64,000 nucleotides of DNA from Candidatus Brocadiia bacterium (lineage in GTDB: Bacteria > Planctomycetota > Brocadiia > CAIUPP01), in the NCBI GenBank assembly GCA_050015075.1, contig JBEKCB010000026.1, positions 1 to 64,000 of the forward strand. Direction: 5' to 3'. A program made the translations under genes and the position numbers. Under the pieces are notes generated by a model, which was given only the letters and a program-made list of their open reading frames with translations, was not told where the DNA came from and did no database searches. This document shows, in pieces, positions 1 to 11,109 of this stretch. Position 1 is the stretch's first letter. Each line of letters begins with the position of its first letter.

Positions 1-135
1 CTTCCGCTTCCTCAATGAAAGACGGGCCGGCAAACCTTGCTCGGAGTTCAAGGCCGCTCTCACGGCCGCTTGAGTGGAAAGAGGATATGCCCTTCACTCC
101 AATTTACACACAAGAGTTGACACTACCGGCTGAAC

Positions 136-1434
136 TCAGGCGCCGCTTTCCGCGGCAAGCGCCGGCTTCAGGTCGCTCACGCGCCGGATGCGCGCGCCGA
201 GACCGGCCAGTTTTTCCTCGATGCGTTCATAGCCGCGGTCAATATGATAGACGCGGCTGATCGTCGTTTTGTCGCGCGCCACAAGCCCGGCAAGGACGAG
301 TCCCGCGCTGGCGCGCAGGTCGCTGGCCATGACCGGCGCGCCGGAGAGATACTTGACTCCGACGATGATCGCGCTGCAGCCCTCTTTGCGGATATTGGCG
401 CGCATGCGGTTCAGCTCGGAGATGTGCATGAACCGGTCGGGGAATATCCGCTCGGTGAAAATGCTGATGCCGCGCGCCAGGCACAGCGGCACCATCAACT
501 GCGCCTGCATGTCCGTCGGCAGCCCGGGGAACGGGCCGGTCGTCAGGTCCACCTGCTGGAAGCGTTCCGGCCCGGCGACGCGCAGGCCGTCCTTCTCATA
601 GATGATCTCGACTCCCATGTTCTTCATCGCATCAATCACCGCCGCGAGGTGCTCGCGCCGCGCGCCGCGGACCAGCACGTTGCCGCCGGTCACCGCCGCG
701 GCCACCATGAAAGTCCCGGCCTCGATGCGGTCAGGAACCAGTTCGAACTCCGCGCCGTGGAGTTCATCCACGCCGTCCACCGTGATGCGCTTCGTGCCGA
801 TGCCGCTGACCTTGGCGCCCATCCGGTTGAGCAGGTTCCCCAGGTCCACGATTTCCGGCTCGCAGGCGGCGTCCTCGATGACCGTCGTGCCTTCGGCCAG
901 GGCCGCCGCGCACATGACATTGGCGGTGCCGAGCACGGTCGAGCCGCTCGGGCCGCCGAGGTAGACCTCGTTGCCGATGAGCTTCGCGGCGTTGCCGATC
1001 ACGTCGCCGTGCTCGACGATGACCTCGGCGCCGAGCGCGATCATGCCCTTCAGGTGAAGGTCAACCGGCCGCGGGCCGATGGCGCACCCGCCCGGAAGCG
1101 CGACGCGCGCCCAGCCGCGCCGCGCGAGCAGCGGCCCCAGCACGCAGATCGAGGCGCGCATCTGCCGGACCAGGTCATACGGGGCGATGGCGTTCGCCTC
1201 GTCCTCGACCTGGATCTCCAGGGTGTTCGCGCCCGACCATTCCGCGGCCATGCCCAGCTTGCGGAGCACCTTGATCATCGTCTCGATATCGGCCAGGTGC
1301 GGCACGCGGTGAAGCACCACCTTGCCGCGCGTGAGGATGGCGGCGGCCATCAGCGGCAGGGCGGCGTTCTTGGCGCCGCTCAGTTCCACCTCGCCATGGA
1401 GAGGAACGCCGCCTTCGATTTCCAGGCACGTCAT
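136..1434 (-). CDS. murA: UDP-N-acetylglucosamine 1-carboxyvinyltransferase
   Basis: GAKNAALP, LPGGCAIGPRPVDLH (catalytic Cys), DRIEAGTF, DLRASA and HIDRGYE motifs. Confidence 0.98.
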   Translation of the reverse strand: MTCLEIEGGVPLHGEVELSGAKNAALPLMAAAILTRGKVVLHRVPHLADIETMIKVLRKLGMAAEWSGANTLEIQVEDEANAIAPYDLVRQMRASICVLGPLLARRGWARVALPGGCAIGPRPVDLHLKGMIALGAEVIVEHGDVIGNAAKLIGNEVYLGGPSGSTVLGTANVMCAAALAEGTTVIEDAACEPEIVDLGNLLNRMGAKVSGIGTKRITVDGVDELHGAEFELVPDRIEAGTFMVAAAVTGGNVLVRGARREHLAAVIDAMKNMGVEIIYEKDGLRVAGPERFQQVDLTTGPFPGLPTDMQAQLMVPLCLARGISIFTERIFPDRFMHISELNRMRANIRKEGCSAIIVGVKYLSGAPVMASDLRASAGLVLAGLVARDKTTISRVYHIDRGYERIEEKLAGLGARIRRVSDLKPALAAESGA

Positions 1435-2378
1435 TGGAGTTTCTCTTTCTGTATCAGGAGCACGCGTTCGATGCCGGCCGGGTCGGCGATTGTTCGGATC
1501 ACGCGCCAGGCGGCCCTTCGACTGGGCTCAGGGCGGGCGGGTTTTTCGGCCAGGTCCCGGACCGCGGGCGCCTGGCCTTGAGCGATTTCGACGATGAGAT
1601 GTCCGCCCGGCTTGAGCAGCGGGCCGGTCTCGGCGAGCAGCCGCGCGAGGACCTGAAGGCCGTCCCCGCCGCCGTACAACGCCGCGTCGGGCTCGTAATC
1701 GCGCACCTCCGGCTGCAGCGTCGCCTTTTCCGATTCGGCGACGTACGGCGGATTGCAGACGATGGCGTCGAGCCTGCCGGCGAGTCCATGTTTCAGGAAC
1801 GGCTCAGCCAGGTCGCCCTCGAGGAGTTGCACTCGCTGCGTCAAGCCGTGCGCCGCCAGGTTCCGCGCGGCGAGTTCGAGGGCGCTGCGCGAGAAGTCGG
1901 AAGCGTAAAGGCGCGCGGCGGGGAGTTCCCTTGCCAGGGCGATCGCGATGCAGCCGGTGCCCGTGCCGATGTCGGCAATGGCCGGCGCCGCGAGGTTCTT
2001 GAGGATGGCGAGCGTCGTCTCGACTACGACTTCCGTCTCCGGCCGCGGGATCAGAGCGCTCGGATCGCACAGGATGTCCAGCGACCAGAATTCCGTGCGG
2101 CCGAGGATGTGCTGGACCGGCTCGCGCGCGAGACGCCGCATGAGGAGCGCTTCGTACCGCGCCGCCTGATCCGTTGAGAGCGTGTTTTTCGAGGCGCGGC
2201 AGAGAGCGTCGCGGTCGGTTCCGAGGAGGTGCGCCATCAGCATTTCGGCGCAGAGCCTGGGCGCATCCACGTCGGCCTCGCGCAAGCGGGCTGCGCCGGC
2301 CCGCAGGATCTCTTCCACGCGGCCAGATGTCAGGTCCTCAGTCGAGCTGGAGGCTTTTTTCGCGTTCTGCGAATTCAT
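1431..2378 (-). CDS. prmC: Release factor glutamine methyltransferase
   Basis: [18 protein letters not shown] and NPPY motifs; downstream of and overlapping prfA. Confidence 0.96.
   Translation of the reverse strand: MNSQNAKKASSSTEDLTSGRVEEILRAGAARLREADVDAPRLCAEMLMAHLLGTDRDALCRASKNTLSTDQAARYEALLMRRLAREPVQHILGRTEFWSLDILCDPSALIPRPETEVVVETTLAILKNLAAPAIADIGTGTGCIAIALARELPAARLYASDFSRSALELAARNLAAHGLTQRVQLLEGDLAEPFLKHGLAGRLDAIVCNPPYVAESEKATLQPEVRDYEPDAALYGGGDGLQVLARLLAETGPLLKPGGHLIVEIAQGQAPAVRDLAEKPARPEPSRRAAWRVIRTIADPAGIERVLLIQKEKLQ
1514..1535. repeat. REP-like half element (cccttcgactgggctcagggcg) in frame within prmC
   Basis: Resembles the CCTTCGAC-N-GCTCAGG repeat type; encodes RPEPSRR near the PrmC C-terminus. 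Confidence 0.5.
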
Positions 2379-3426
2379 GTTCCAGAAACCCCTCGATCAG
2401 CGGATCGAGGTCCCCATTCATAATGCGCTGCAGGTCGTGGATAGTCAGGCCGATGCGATGGTCCGTCACCCGGTTTTGCGGGAAGTTGTAGGTGCGGATG
2501 CGTTCGTTCCGGTCGCCGGAGCCGATCATGCTGCGCCGCTCCGCATCGCGTTCGGCGTGCTGGCGAGAGGCGAAATACTCGAAAAGCCGGGCCCGCAGCA
2601 CGCGCATCGCGTGCGCCCGGTTCTTGTGCTGCGAGGGCGTCTCCTGGCTGCGCGCCTCCACGCCGGTCGGCTTGTGCACCAGCCGCACCGCCGAGGAGGT
2701 CTTGTTGACATTCTGCCCGCCCGGCCCGCCGGCGCGCGAGAACTCCATCTCGATATCGGCCGGGTTGAGGTCAATCTCCACGTCCTCTACTTCGGGCAGG
2801 ACCGCCACGGTCACGAGCGAGGTGTGAATGCGGCCCTGGGCCTCGGTGGTGGGCACGCGCTGGACGCGATGGCCGCCGCTCTCGAAGCGCAGCCGGCGAT
2901 AGGCGCCGTCGCCGGCGATCGAGAGCGTCGCCTCCTTGTATCCGCCCAGGTCGGTCGCGCGGGCGTCGAGCTGCGTGGCCTTCCAGCCGCGCGATTCCGC
3001 GTAGCGGGTGTACATGCGGAGCAAGTCGCCCGCGAAGAGCGCCGCCTCGTCGCCGCCGGTGCCGGCGCGGATTTCCAGGATCACGTCGCGTTCCGGTCCG
3101 GCGTCTTCGGCCACGGCGGCGCGCTTGACGGCCTCGCGGAGGCGCGCGACGTCGTCGCGGAGCTTCGGGGTTTCCTCGCGCGCGATCTCCAGCAGGTCCG
3201 CGTCGGAGGTCTCGTCGGCCAGAATCCCTTCGGTTTCCTTGAGGCGCAGGCGGGCTTGCTTCCACGTGCGGTAGGGTTCGACGATCTTGGCGAGGCGGCC
3301 GCGTTCCTTCAGCAGCGAGGAATAGAGTGGGCCTTGCGACATGACCTGGGGGTCAACGATCTTCTGCTCGATCTGCTCGAATTGGCGCTCCATCTCTTCG
3401 AGTCGGTCGCTCAGACTCTTGCTCAT
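2338..3426 (-). CDS. prfA: Peptide chain release factor 1
   Basis: [24 protein letters not shown] (PxT), GGQNVNKT and [15 protein letters not shown] motifs. Confidence 0.98.
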   Translation of the reverse strand: MSKSLSDRLEEMERQFEQIEQKIVDPQVMSQGPLYSSLLKERGRLAKIVEPYRTWKQARLRLKETEGILADETSDADLLEIAREETPKLRDDVARLREAVKRAAVAEDAGPERDVILEIRAGTGGDEAALFAGDLLRMYTRYAESRGWKATQLDARATDLGGYKEATLSIAGDGAYRRLRFESGGHRVQRVPTTEAQGRIHTSLVTVAVLPEVEDVEIDLNPADIEMEFSRAGGPGGQNVNKTSSAVRLVHKPTGVEARSQETPSQHKNRAHAMRVLRARLFEYFASRQHAERDAERRSMIGSGDRNERIRTYNFPQNRVTDHRIGLTIHDLQRIMNGDLDPLIEGFLEHEFAEREKSLQLD

Positions 3427-3465
3427 CGGCTAGGCGTCCCGAGAAGGTCTGCGGAGATGGCGCGC

Positions 3466-3804
3466 TCAGTTCTGCGGGGCGGAAGTCGGTTTCTCCGGAG
3501 CGGCCGTCGGCTGGGCCGGGGCGGCCGCTTCGGGCTTGGCCGCGGGCGCATCGGCCGGAGCCTGTGCGGCGGCGGAAGCCTCAGCGGCGGCGGCGCCCTG
3601 CGCCTGGAACTTGGCGTAGCGGCGCTGGAACTTCTCCACGCGGCCGGCGGTGTCCACGAGCTTCTGCTTGCCGGTGAAGAAAGGATGACACTTGGAGCAG
3701 ATTTCAACGTTGATTTCGGCCTGGGTCGCCCGGGTCGTAAAGATTTCGCCGCAGCCGCAGGTCACCTTGCAGTCTTCGTACTTCGGATGAATTTTCGCTT
3801 TCAT
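3466..3804 (-). CDS. rpmE: 50S ribosomal protein L31, Zn-binding type, with Ala/Pro-rich C-terminal tail
   Basis: MKAKIHPKY...CGC...[28 protein letters not shown]; start placed at the ATG at 3804. Confidence 0.96.
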   Translation of the reverse strand: MKAKIHPKYEDCKVTCGCGEIFTTRATQAEINVEICSKCHPFFTGKQKLVDTAGRVEKFQRRYAKFQAQGAAAAEASAAAQAPADAPAAKPEAAAPAQPTAAPEKPTSAPQN

Positions 3805-3904
3805 CGGCGCACACTCCATCTCCGCGTGGATTTTGCAAAAGCGTATTTTATCAGTCCGCGGCCGGATTTGCAAGCGACGGAGGCCGACGCCCGGGCGCGA
3901 TGCG

Positions 3905-6754
3905 TCACGCGCCGGCCGCCTCGACGATCCTGATCTCTTTTTTCGTCAAGCCGTAAAGCTCGTACACGAGACGGTCAATTCGGTCGTCGGTCTGCTTGAT
4001 CTCCCGTTCGAGACGCGTTTTCTCCTCCGCCGCCTTTGCCTTCCAGAACCGCTTGTGCAACATGAGCATGCACTCAACGAACTCCACCATGCGGTCATAT
4101 CTAGCCCTATCGGCAGGATCGGAAGCGTCGATCTTCGCGATGGGGAGCGAAGCCAATTCATCGCGCTGCACATGTAAGGTGGGAAAGGACGTCTCATAGT
4201 AAAACCGCATCAGCCGAGAGTTGATTAAGCCGACCAGAAATTTTAATCGTTCGCCGTTTTTATCCTTATGGCAAATAATCAACACGTCTTTAACGTAGTA
4301 CTGATGGTCGTCGAAAGTACTTTGCAGGCCGTGTCCAGTATCACGCACGAGCGCCTTGGGCTGCTCGAAGCGTTCTGCTTCACCGGGTCGTGCAGTTTTC
4401 CTGTGCGCGCGCATTTTCTCGGGGGCATACCAAACATATTCTCCCTTGAAATCGTCGCAATACCTGTGAACGTGTTCGCCTCTGAGCAGGGGTTTGTATT
4501 TGGGCCCCATCTTCCGTGGGGAGAGGAAACGGCTGTCGTCCCCGGTCTTCAAGCCGAAGGATATCTCAAAGTCATTGCCGAGTGCCACGCTCCGTGACCG
4601 GACCTTGTCCTTCACCAATACAGAATTCCCATTCATGGATAAGTCGAAGATGTTCTTATATGTACCGCGAAAAGCCTCCTGAAGGATTCCTTTCAAACGG
4701 ACGGCAGAAAGATTGGAATCAGCCTTCGTTCTGGCGACAAGAACCCGGTTAGATTTTATTCGCCCCTTGGAAAACGTCAGGATCAGTGTCTTGACGGTCG
4801 CTTCGTGGAACACATTATCCTCAAACTCGATTATCCTTCGGAGAGCTGTTTCGTCAAGGAGTATCGTTCGTAATTTCTCAAAGCTGTCAAGCCTTAACCA
4901 ACCGCTGGAGACGATGAAACCGAATGCTCCCCTCATTCTTAATAAGGAGATGCTGCGCTCAATGAAGCAGCAATAGAGGTCGGCCTTCTTGACGAAACTC
5001 TTGTAGTGCTGCCAGAAATACTTTTTGACACGCGCCTCAAGGTTATGAGGGCGAACGTATGGTGGATTGCCGATAACCGCGTCGAATCCGCCTGCCTTGA
5101 AGACTGCTGGGAACTCATCGCACCAATCGAACGCGTTGATCCGCCATCGTTCCGCTTCGGTGAAGTTTTTCGGGTCCTTGTCGTTGTAATAGTCCGAGCC
5201 GATCAACGAATTGCCACACTTGATGTTGCCGTCAATGTCCGGGAGCGCGCGCTGGTGCCGTGTGCGCAATGCCTGTGCCAGCGTCTCCGAGCTTTCGTCC
5301 TCCAGCACTTTCAGCAGCAGGCTGAGCTTCGTGACCTCGACCGCCTGCGGATCAATATCCACGCCATAGATGTTGTTGAGCAGTATCCGCTTCTTCTCGG
5401 CTGTGGTCAGAAACCATTGGCCGCCGCGACCTTGATAAATGGCCTTGGCGTTGGAGTACCAATTGGGCCCGTCTTTAATATACCAATCCCGATGGTATTC
5501 AAGCAGACGCTTGTACGCGCCCAGCAGGAACGAGCCGGAGCCGCAGGCGGGATCGAGGATGCGGAGTTTCTCGATGGCCTTCGGGGATTTCCCTTTGCAC
5601 AATTCCTCGACGGTGTTCTTGACGATATAGTCCACGATGTATTGCGGCGTATAGTAAACTCCGCCGGCCTTGCGGACTTCCGGCTTCTCCTCGACTCGTG
5701 CGCTGTGTCCGGCTGTGAGGCGGATCACCTTGCCGAGGAATTGTTCGTACACGTTTCCGAGGATTTCGGGCGGCAGGACGCCAAATTCGTAGGGTGACCG
5801 CGGATAATACAGGGCGGCGATGATCTCCTTGAGAACTTCGTCGTCGAGGTGCAGCTCAGGCGTCAATTCATCCGGCTGGCTTTTTCTGCCCCGCTCCGGG
5901 TTAAAATGGAAGAGGCCGGAGTTGTATCTCTCGTCGGCGCGGTAGAAGACTTCGATGAGCCGCCGGTAAGTCCGCTCGCCGCTGCTCAGCGCCTGGAGCT
6001 GCCCGTACTGTTCGATGCCGCGATCCTCGCACATGCGCAGAAAGACAATCCGGTCAATCGTGGATTGGACGGCGTTGTTCAACTGCGGGACGCTGATGGA
6101 TTCGTTCCGCAGGGAAAAGTTCCGGGCGAGTTTTTCCCGCCATTGCTCGATCTCTTTCAGGAACTCGGCATCCACCTCCGAAGTGCCACGTTTGCCGCGC
6201 GCGCTCTCGGCGAACTTGTCGAATGATCCGCGAAGCACGGCTTCCTTCGAGAAGACATCGGCTATCTCCGCCCATCGGTCCGCGTAATCGCTGAACTTCA
6301 TGTAATAGATGCGCGCCTGCGCTGCTGTGTCGCCCCTGTTCGGCCGGACTCGGCAGTCGTAAACGGCGAACTCCTCGAAGTCCGTCAGGATCGAGAGCGG
6401 CAGCTTCGAACTCCAGGCATAGCGGCGAAGCTGGTAAGCGGCGTCGGCGTCGTAGACGATGTCAACCGAGGGTCTCTTGGCTTCGAGGAAGAATTTCCGA
6501 ACGCCGCCGATGCGGAAGCAATAGTCGGGCGCCTTGGTGGCGCCGCCGACCTTGATGGCGTCCTCGTGGATCACATCCTTGTACGCCTCGGCATGGCCGG
6601 CGCGGTTGGCCATGTCCCAGCCGAGCGCCTCGAACATCGGGTCAAGGAACTCCGTGCGGACTTGGGCCTCGTTGTAGCCCGCCGCGCGATAGGACGCGAT
6701 GTTGCGCTCGAAATGTTCGACTAGGTCGAGGATGGCTTGTGGAGCTTTGCCCAC
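3905..6754 (-). CDS. Type IIG restriction-modification fusion (endonuclease + N6-adenine methyltransferase + TaqI-like specificity domain)
   Basis: PD...EAK nuclease motif (KAPDYCF...LEAKRP), motif [11 protein letters not shown], motif IV GNPPY, C-terminal [12 protein letters not shown] helix. Confidence 0.93.
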   Translation of the reverse strand: MGKAPQAILDLVEHFERNIASYRAAGYNEAQVRTEFLDPMFEALGWDMANRAGHAEAYKDVIHEDAIKVGGATKAPDYCFRIGGVRKFFLEAKRPSVDIVYDADAAYQLRRYAWSSKLPLSILTDFEEFAVYDCRVRPNRGDTAAQARIYYMKFSDYADRWAEIADVFSKEAVLRGSFDKFAESARGKRGTSEVDAEFLKEIEQWREKLARNFSLRNESISVPQLNNAVQSTIDRIVFLRMCEDRGIEQYGQLQALSSGERTYRRLIEVFYRADERYNSGLFHFNPERGRKSQPDELTPELHLDDEVLKEIIAALYYPRSPYEFGVLPPEILGNVYEQFLGKVIRLTAGHSARVEEKPEVRKAGGVYYTPQYIVDYIVKNTVEELCKGKSPKAIEKLRILDPACGSGSFLLGAYKRLLEYHRDWYIKDGPNWYSNAKAIYQGRGGQWFLTTAEKKRILLNNIYGVDIDPQAVEVTKLSLLLKVLEDESSETLAQALRTRHQRALPDIDGNIKCGNSLIGSDYYNDKDPKNFTEAERWRINAFDWCDEFPAVFKAGGFDAVIGNPPYVRPHNLEARVKKYFWQHYKSFVKKADLYCCFIERSISLLRMRGAFGFIVSSGWLRLDSFEKLRTILLDETALRRIIEFEDNVFHEATVKTLILTFSKGRIKSNRVLVARTKADSNLSAVRLKGILQEAFRGTYKNIFDLSMNGNSVLVKDKVRSRSVALGNDFEISFGLKTGDDSRFLSPRKMGPKYKPLLRGEHVHRYCDDFKGEYVWYAPEKMRAHRKTARPGEAERFEQPKALVRDTGHGLQSTFDDHQYYVKDVLIICHKDKNGERLKFLVGLINSRLMRFYYETSFPTLHVQRDELASLPIAKIDASDPADRARYDRMVEFVECMLMLHKRFWKAKAAEEKTRLEREIKQTDDRIDRLVYELYGLTKKEIRIVEAAGA

Positions 6755-6788
6755 TTTCCTGTCACCTCCCGATTGACGCGCGCAGATT

Positions 6789-7514
6789 CTACGCCTTGCC
6801 CGCCAGGATCGCCAGCCCTTCGAGCGTGAGGGCGGGGCGGAGTTCGTATTTTATCTTCAGATCCCGCGCGATGGGCTCGGCATCGCCGCCGGTGAGGATG
6901 ATCCGGGCGCTCGGAGAGAGCTCTTCGGCCATCCGCGCGAGCAGCGACTCGACGAGCGCCACCGCGCCCCAGTGCGCGCCGGAACGCATGGCGGCGACGG
7001 TGTCGCGGCCGAGGACCGACGCGGGCTTCTCATAGGCGACCGCCGGCAGCAGGGCGGTGTGCTCGTGCAGCGCGCGCAGCATCAGCGCCGGGCCGGGCGC
7101 GATGGCGCCGCCGCAGAACGCGCCCCGCGCGGAGACGGCGTTGACCGTGATCGCGGTGCCGATGTCCGCGACGAGAGTCGCCGTGCGCGTCCGCGCATAC
7201 GCGCCGATGGCGCTCAGCAGCCGGTCGGCGCCGACCTGCTCCGGCTGCTCGCACTGAATTTCGATTCCGTAGGGCAGATCGCGCCCCGCGACGAGCACAA
7301 CGGTCTGGTAACTCCCGGACAGGAGCGATATCGCCCGGTCGGTCAAGGCCGGCGCTACGGAGGCCAGCGCGACGCGGCGGATCGGCTGCTGTCCGATCCG
7401 GTCGGCGAGCAGCGAAAGGTCCGCCGCCGGCAACCGGCCGTGGCGCAGGAGCCGGTCGCCCTCGAAGAGTCCGAAGGACACGTTGGTGTTTCCGAGGCTG
7501 ACAGTCAGGAGCAT
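6789..7514 (-). CDS. coaX: Type III pantothenate kinase
   Basis: True start MLLTVSLGNTN inside the longer ORF; GADR, DIGTAIT, GGAIAPG, TGGDA and LTLEGL motifs. Confidence 0.92.
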   Translation of the reverse strand: MLLTVSLGNTNVSFGLFEGDRLLRHGRLPAADLSLLADRIGQQPIRRVALASVAPALTDRAISLLSGSYQTVVLVAGRDLPYGIEIQCEQPEQVGADRLLSAIGAYARTRTATLVADIGTAITVNAVSARGAFCGGAIAPGPALMLRALHEHTALLPAVAYEKPASVLGRDTVAAMRSGAHWGAVALVESLLARMAEELSPSARIILTGGDAEPIARDLKIKYELRPALTLEGLAILAGKA

Positions 7515-8497
7515 GCGGCCACCTCCTTGGCCAAGGCGCGCAACAGTTGGCTCAGCCCGGCGCCGGTGACTGCGGAAATGGGGAAGACCGGCACGCGGAC
7601 GCGGCGCTTGAGCGCGCGCAGGTTTTTCTCGGCGTCGGTGAGGTCCATCTTGTTCGCCGCGATGATGTGGCGCTTGCGGGCCAGTTCGCGGCTGTAGAGT
7701 TGAAGCTCTTTGCGGATGGTGCGATAGGCGAGGACCGGGTCCGGCCCGGCGAGCGGGGCGATGTCCACCACGTGGCAGATCACGCGCGTGCGCTCGATGT
7801 GGCGAAGGAACTCGTCGCCGAGTCCATGCCCGGCGTGCGCGCCCTCGATCAGCCCGGGCAGGTCGGCGATGACGAGCGGCCGCGCGTCGCCCATGTCGGC
7901 GATGCCGAGCTGCGGCTCGAGCGTGGTGAACGGATATGCCGCGATTTTCGGATGCGCGGCGCTCACGCGGCTCAGGAGGGACGACTTGCCCGCGTTCGGC
8001 AGCCCGACCAGGCCGACGTCCGCGATCAGCTTGAGCTCGAGGTCGGCGGTCCGCTCCTCGCCGGCTTCGCCCTTCTCCCATTGGCGCGGCGCGCGGTTGA
8101 CGGAGGTGGCGAAGTGCTTGTTTCCGAATCCGCCCTTGCCGCCGTGCGCGACGCAAACGATGCCGCCCGGCTCGACGAGGTCGCGCAGGATCATGCCGGT
8201 CGCCGCATCGCGCACGGTCGTCCCGGGCGGAACGTCGAGGATAAGGTCTTCGCCTTTCTTGCCGGAGCAGATGCCGCCGCCGCCCTTGCCGCCGTTGCCC
8301 GCGGCATAGACCGGGCGCGGAGGAAAATCCAGCAGCGTCGCCATGTTCGCGTTCGCGCGCAGGAAGACCGAGCCGCCGTGGCCGCCGTTGCCGCCGTCCG
8401 GCCCGCCGCGCTCGATGTACTTCTCCCGCCGGAAAGAGCAGCAGCCGTTGCCGCCTTTTCCGCCGCGGACGCGCAGACTCGCCTGGTCAATGAACAT
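7505..8497 (-). CDS. obgE: GTPase Obg
   Basis: Gly-rich N-terminal Obg domain; GLPNAGKSS, YPFTTLEP, DLPG and NKMD motifs. Confidence 0.98.
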   Translation of the reverse strand: MFIDQASLRVRGGKGGNGCCSFRREKYIERGGPDGGNGGHGGSVFLRANANMATLLDFPPRPVYAAGNGGKGGGGICSGKKGEDLILDVPPGTTVRDAATGMILRDLVEPGGIVCVAHGGKGGFGNKHFATSVNRAPRQWEKGEAGEERTADLELKLIADVGLVGLPNAGKSSLLSRVSAAHPKIAAYPFTTLEPQLGIADMGDARPLVIADLPGLIEGAHAGHGLGDEFLRHIERTRVICHVVDIAPLAGPDPVLAYRTIRKELQLYSRELARKRHIIAANKMDLTDAEKNLRALKRRVRVPVFPISAVTGAGLSQLLRALAKEVAACS

Positions 8498-8690
8498 TTA
8501 TTCTCGCGCCGAAAAGACCGATATATGGAAACACAAGCCATGATAGCGGGTCGGAGCGCCGCAGGTCAACGGGATTGCTTGCCAGACGGCTTGCCGCTCG
8601 CTATGATGCGCGTCCGGGGGCCGAACTTTTCCGAAGGGATTGCTGACCGGTGAGCAGAACGCGCGCAGCGAGCAGCGCATCGAGAGAGAC

Positions 8691-9542
8691 ATGATGACGG
8701 CGGAACGCGTCGCCCTCAACCTCGTGACGTTGAAAGGGGAGCACGACGCCAAACATCTGTTGCACAAAGTGAAGACGGCGGCCAAGGCGGGTTTCGGCGG
8801 CGTGGGAATCTGGGCCGAGGATACCGATGCCTGGCTCGGCTCGGGCAAGCGGCTCCGCGACCTGCACCATGCCGTCACCGACCAGGGAATGAAGGTCGTC
8901 GAACTGTGCGAGGTGACGGTCTGCGACGGGCACGGCTCCGTGGCAGACCGGACCCGCGAATTCGCCGCAGCCGAAGGGCTGGCCGCGCCGCTGGTCGCGG
9001 TGGCCTACAATAATCCGGGCGCCTCCCTGGATGAGGCGAAGAAGGATTGGACGAAGTTCCTCGACTTGCTCAGCGACGTCGAAGGCGTCCGCGCGGCGCT
9101 GCACTTCAAGGGCGATTCCCGGAACCTGAACACGCTCGACCTGGCGTGGGACGTCGTGAGCGCCGGGCCGCCGAACGGCTGCCTGCTGCTGGACGTGTAC
9201 GATTTCTGGCTCGGCCAGAGCCCCGTGAGCAGCCTCAACGCCGTGCCGGTCGAGCTGATCGGCGTGGTCCATTTGTCCGACGTGAAAAATGTTCCTCGCG
9301 AGAAGGCGACGATGGTTGACCGGACGTTTCCGGGCGAAGGGGTGATGCCGCTGACGCACATTATCTCGACCATCGTCCGCCGCGGCTACCAGGGGCCGTT
9401 CAGCGTGGAGATCATGGGCGAGTGCCAGCACCGGGAATGCCTGGAGACGGCCGAGGAGGCGTTCCGCTGCGCGCGCAAGCTGCTGGGCACGAGCGGGCCG
9501 TCGCACCGCAAGCTGCCGGTCGCGCGCTCGAAGAATTCGTAG
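8691..9542 (+). CDS. Sugar phosphate isomerase/epimerase (xylose isomerase-like TIM barrel)
   Basis: LLLDVYDF, VHLSD, RTFPGEG and GYQGPFSVE pattern; several metal ligands diverged. Confidence 0.8.
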   Translation: MMTAERVALNLVTLKGEHDAKHLLHKVKTAAKAGFGGVGIWAEDTDAWLGSGKRLRDLHHAVTDQGMKVVELCEVTVCDGHGSVADRTREFAAAEGLAAPLVAVAYNNPGASLDEAKKDWTKFLDLLSDVEGVRAALHFKGDSRNLNTLDLAWDVVSAGPPNGCLLLDVYDFWLGQSPVSSLNAVPVELIGVVHLSDVKNVPREKATMVDRTFPGEGVMPLTHIISTIVRRGYQGPFSVEIMGECQHRECLETAEEAFRCARKLLGTSGPSHRKLPVARSKNS

Positions 9543-9564
9543 TCGCGGGTCCAAGGAGAGGGCG

Positions 9565-11004
9565 ATGGCTTACGAGGCGGTCATCGGCATCGAGGTCCAC
9601 GCGGAACTCGCGACCGAGACCAAGCTCTTCTGCGGCTGCCGGACGCAGTTCGGCGCGCCGCCGAATTCCCAGACCTGCCCGGTCTGCCTTGGGTTGCCCG
9701 GCGTGCTGCCGGTGCTGAACCGCCGCGCGTTCGAGTACGCGCTGAAGATCGCCCTCGCCCTCGAATGCCAGGTGGATGCGCGGACGAGCTTCGACCGGAA
9801 GAACTACTATTATCCCGACCTGCCGAAGAACTACCAGATCTCGCAGAGCTACCACAATCTCGGCCGCGACGGGCATCTGGACATCATCGTGGGCGGCGCC
9901 GTGAAGCGGGTCGGCATCTGGAACGTCCACCTCGAGGAGGACGCCGGCAAGCTCGTCCACCCGGAGGGCGCGGGCGCGAACTGGACGCTCGTGGACCTGA
10001 ACCGCGCCGGCATGCCGCTGCTGGAGATGGTCTCCGCGCCCGACATGCGCTCGTCGGCCGAGGTGGACGCGTTCATGCGCGCGCTGCGCAACGTGCTGCT
10101 CTACACCGCGGTCGCCGATTGCAAGATGCAGGAGGGCAAGCTGCGCTTCGAGCCGAGCATTTCGATCCGGCCCGCCGGGCAGAAGGAACTCGGGGCGCGC
10201 GTGGAGATCAAGAACGTCGGCTCGATCGGCGCGGTCGTGAAGGCCGTGGACTTCGAGATCGCGCGGCAGACGCGCGCGCTGGAAACCGGCGAGAAACTCA
10301 GCCCGGAGACGCGGCTGTGGGACGAGAGTCTCCAGCGGACCGTTGCCATGCGGCGCAAGGAGACCTCGGCCGACTACCGCTACTTCCCCGAGCCGGACCT
10401 CGTCCAGATCGAGATTGACGAGGGCTGGAAGGCGGAAGTCCGGCGCTCGGTCCCGGAACTGCCGGTGCGGCGGCGGCTGCGGTTTCAGGAAAAGTTCGGC
10501 CTCGGCGATTATGACGCGGCGGTGCTCACGGAGGATCGCGAGATCGCCGACTACTTCGAGAAATGCGTCGGCGCCGGCGCGGCTTCGGCGAAGGCGCTGG
10601 CGAATTGGGTCATCAACGACGTGCAGCGCGTGATGAACGAGCGAGGCGTGACGTTGGCGGAATTGGCGCTGGACTGCGGCTATCTCGCCGAGTTGGTCGC
10701 CCTGGTTGAGAAGGGCACTTTGAACCTGGGCACCGCCAAGGAAGTTTTCGCCGAGGTGATTGCCACCAGGGTCGCTCCAGCGGAGATCGTCAAGGCCAAG
10801 GGGCTTGCGCAGCTCAACGATAATGACTACCTCGAGAACATCGTGCGCAATGCCCTGGCCGCCAACGCAAAGAGCGTGGCCGATTACAAGGCCGGGAAGA
10901 AGGCCGCCTTCAATGCGCTGTTCGGCGCGGTCATGCGCGAGACGAAGGGCAAGGCCAATCCGCAGGTGGTGCGGCAGATTCTTGAAAAGCATTTGGCGCG
11001 GTAA
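9565..11004 (+). CDS. gatB: Asp/Glu-tRNA amidotransferase subunit B
   Basis: IGIEVHAEL, CPVCLGLPG, FDRKNYYYPDLPKNYQISQ, HLEEDAGK, YRYFPEPDL and KGKANP motifs. Confidence 0.98.
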   Translation: MAYEAVIGIEVHAELATETKLFCGCRTQFGAPPNSQTCPVCLGLPGVLPVLNRRAFEYALKIALALECQVDARTSFDRKNYYYPDLPKNYQISQSYHNLGRDGHLDIIVGGAVKRVGIWNVHLEEDAGKLVHPEGAGANWTLVDLNRAGMPLLEMVSAPDMRSSAEVDAFMRALRNVLLYTAVADCKMQEGKLRFEPSISIRPAGQKELGARVEIKNVGSIGAVVKAVDFEIARQTRALETGEKLSPETRLWDESLQRTVAMRRKETSADYRYFPEPDLVQIEIDEGWKAEVRRSVPELPVRRRLRFQEKFGLGDYDAAVLTEDREIADYFEKCVGAGAASAKALANWVINDVQRVMNERGVTLAELALDCGYLAELVALVEKGTLNLGTAKEVFAEVIATRVAPAEIVKAKGLAQLNDNDYLENIVRNALAANAKSVADYKAGKKAAFNALFGAVMRETKGKANPQVVRQILEKHLAR

Positions 11005-11013
11005 AGAAAGTCA

Positions 11014-11098
11014 GGACCGCGAAAGCGCGAAAACGCGAAAGAGGAAACTGACGGACGTTCCGTACGCGGTATTTCGTGCTTTCGCGTTTTCGCGGTCC
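11014..11098. repeat. Intergenic palindrome with arms of three 8-bp units (cgcgaaaN)
   Basis: ggaccgcgaaagcgcgaaaacgcgaaa ... tttcgtgctttcgcgttttcgcggtcc. Confidence 0.85.
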
Positions 11099-11109
11099 AA
11101 GGTGCTGTT

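Noticed and set aside
1-135. ORF 15..260 or the 3' end of a + strand gene
   Set aside because: Too little sequence and no motifs; 15..260 overlaps murA antisense.
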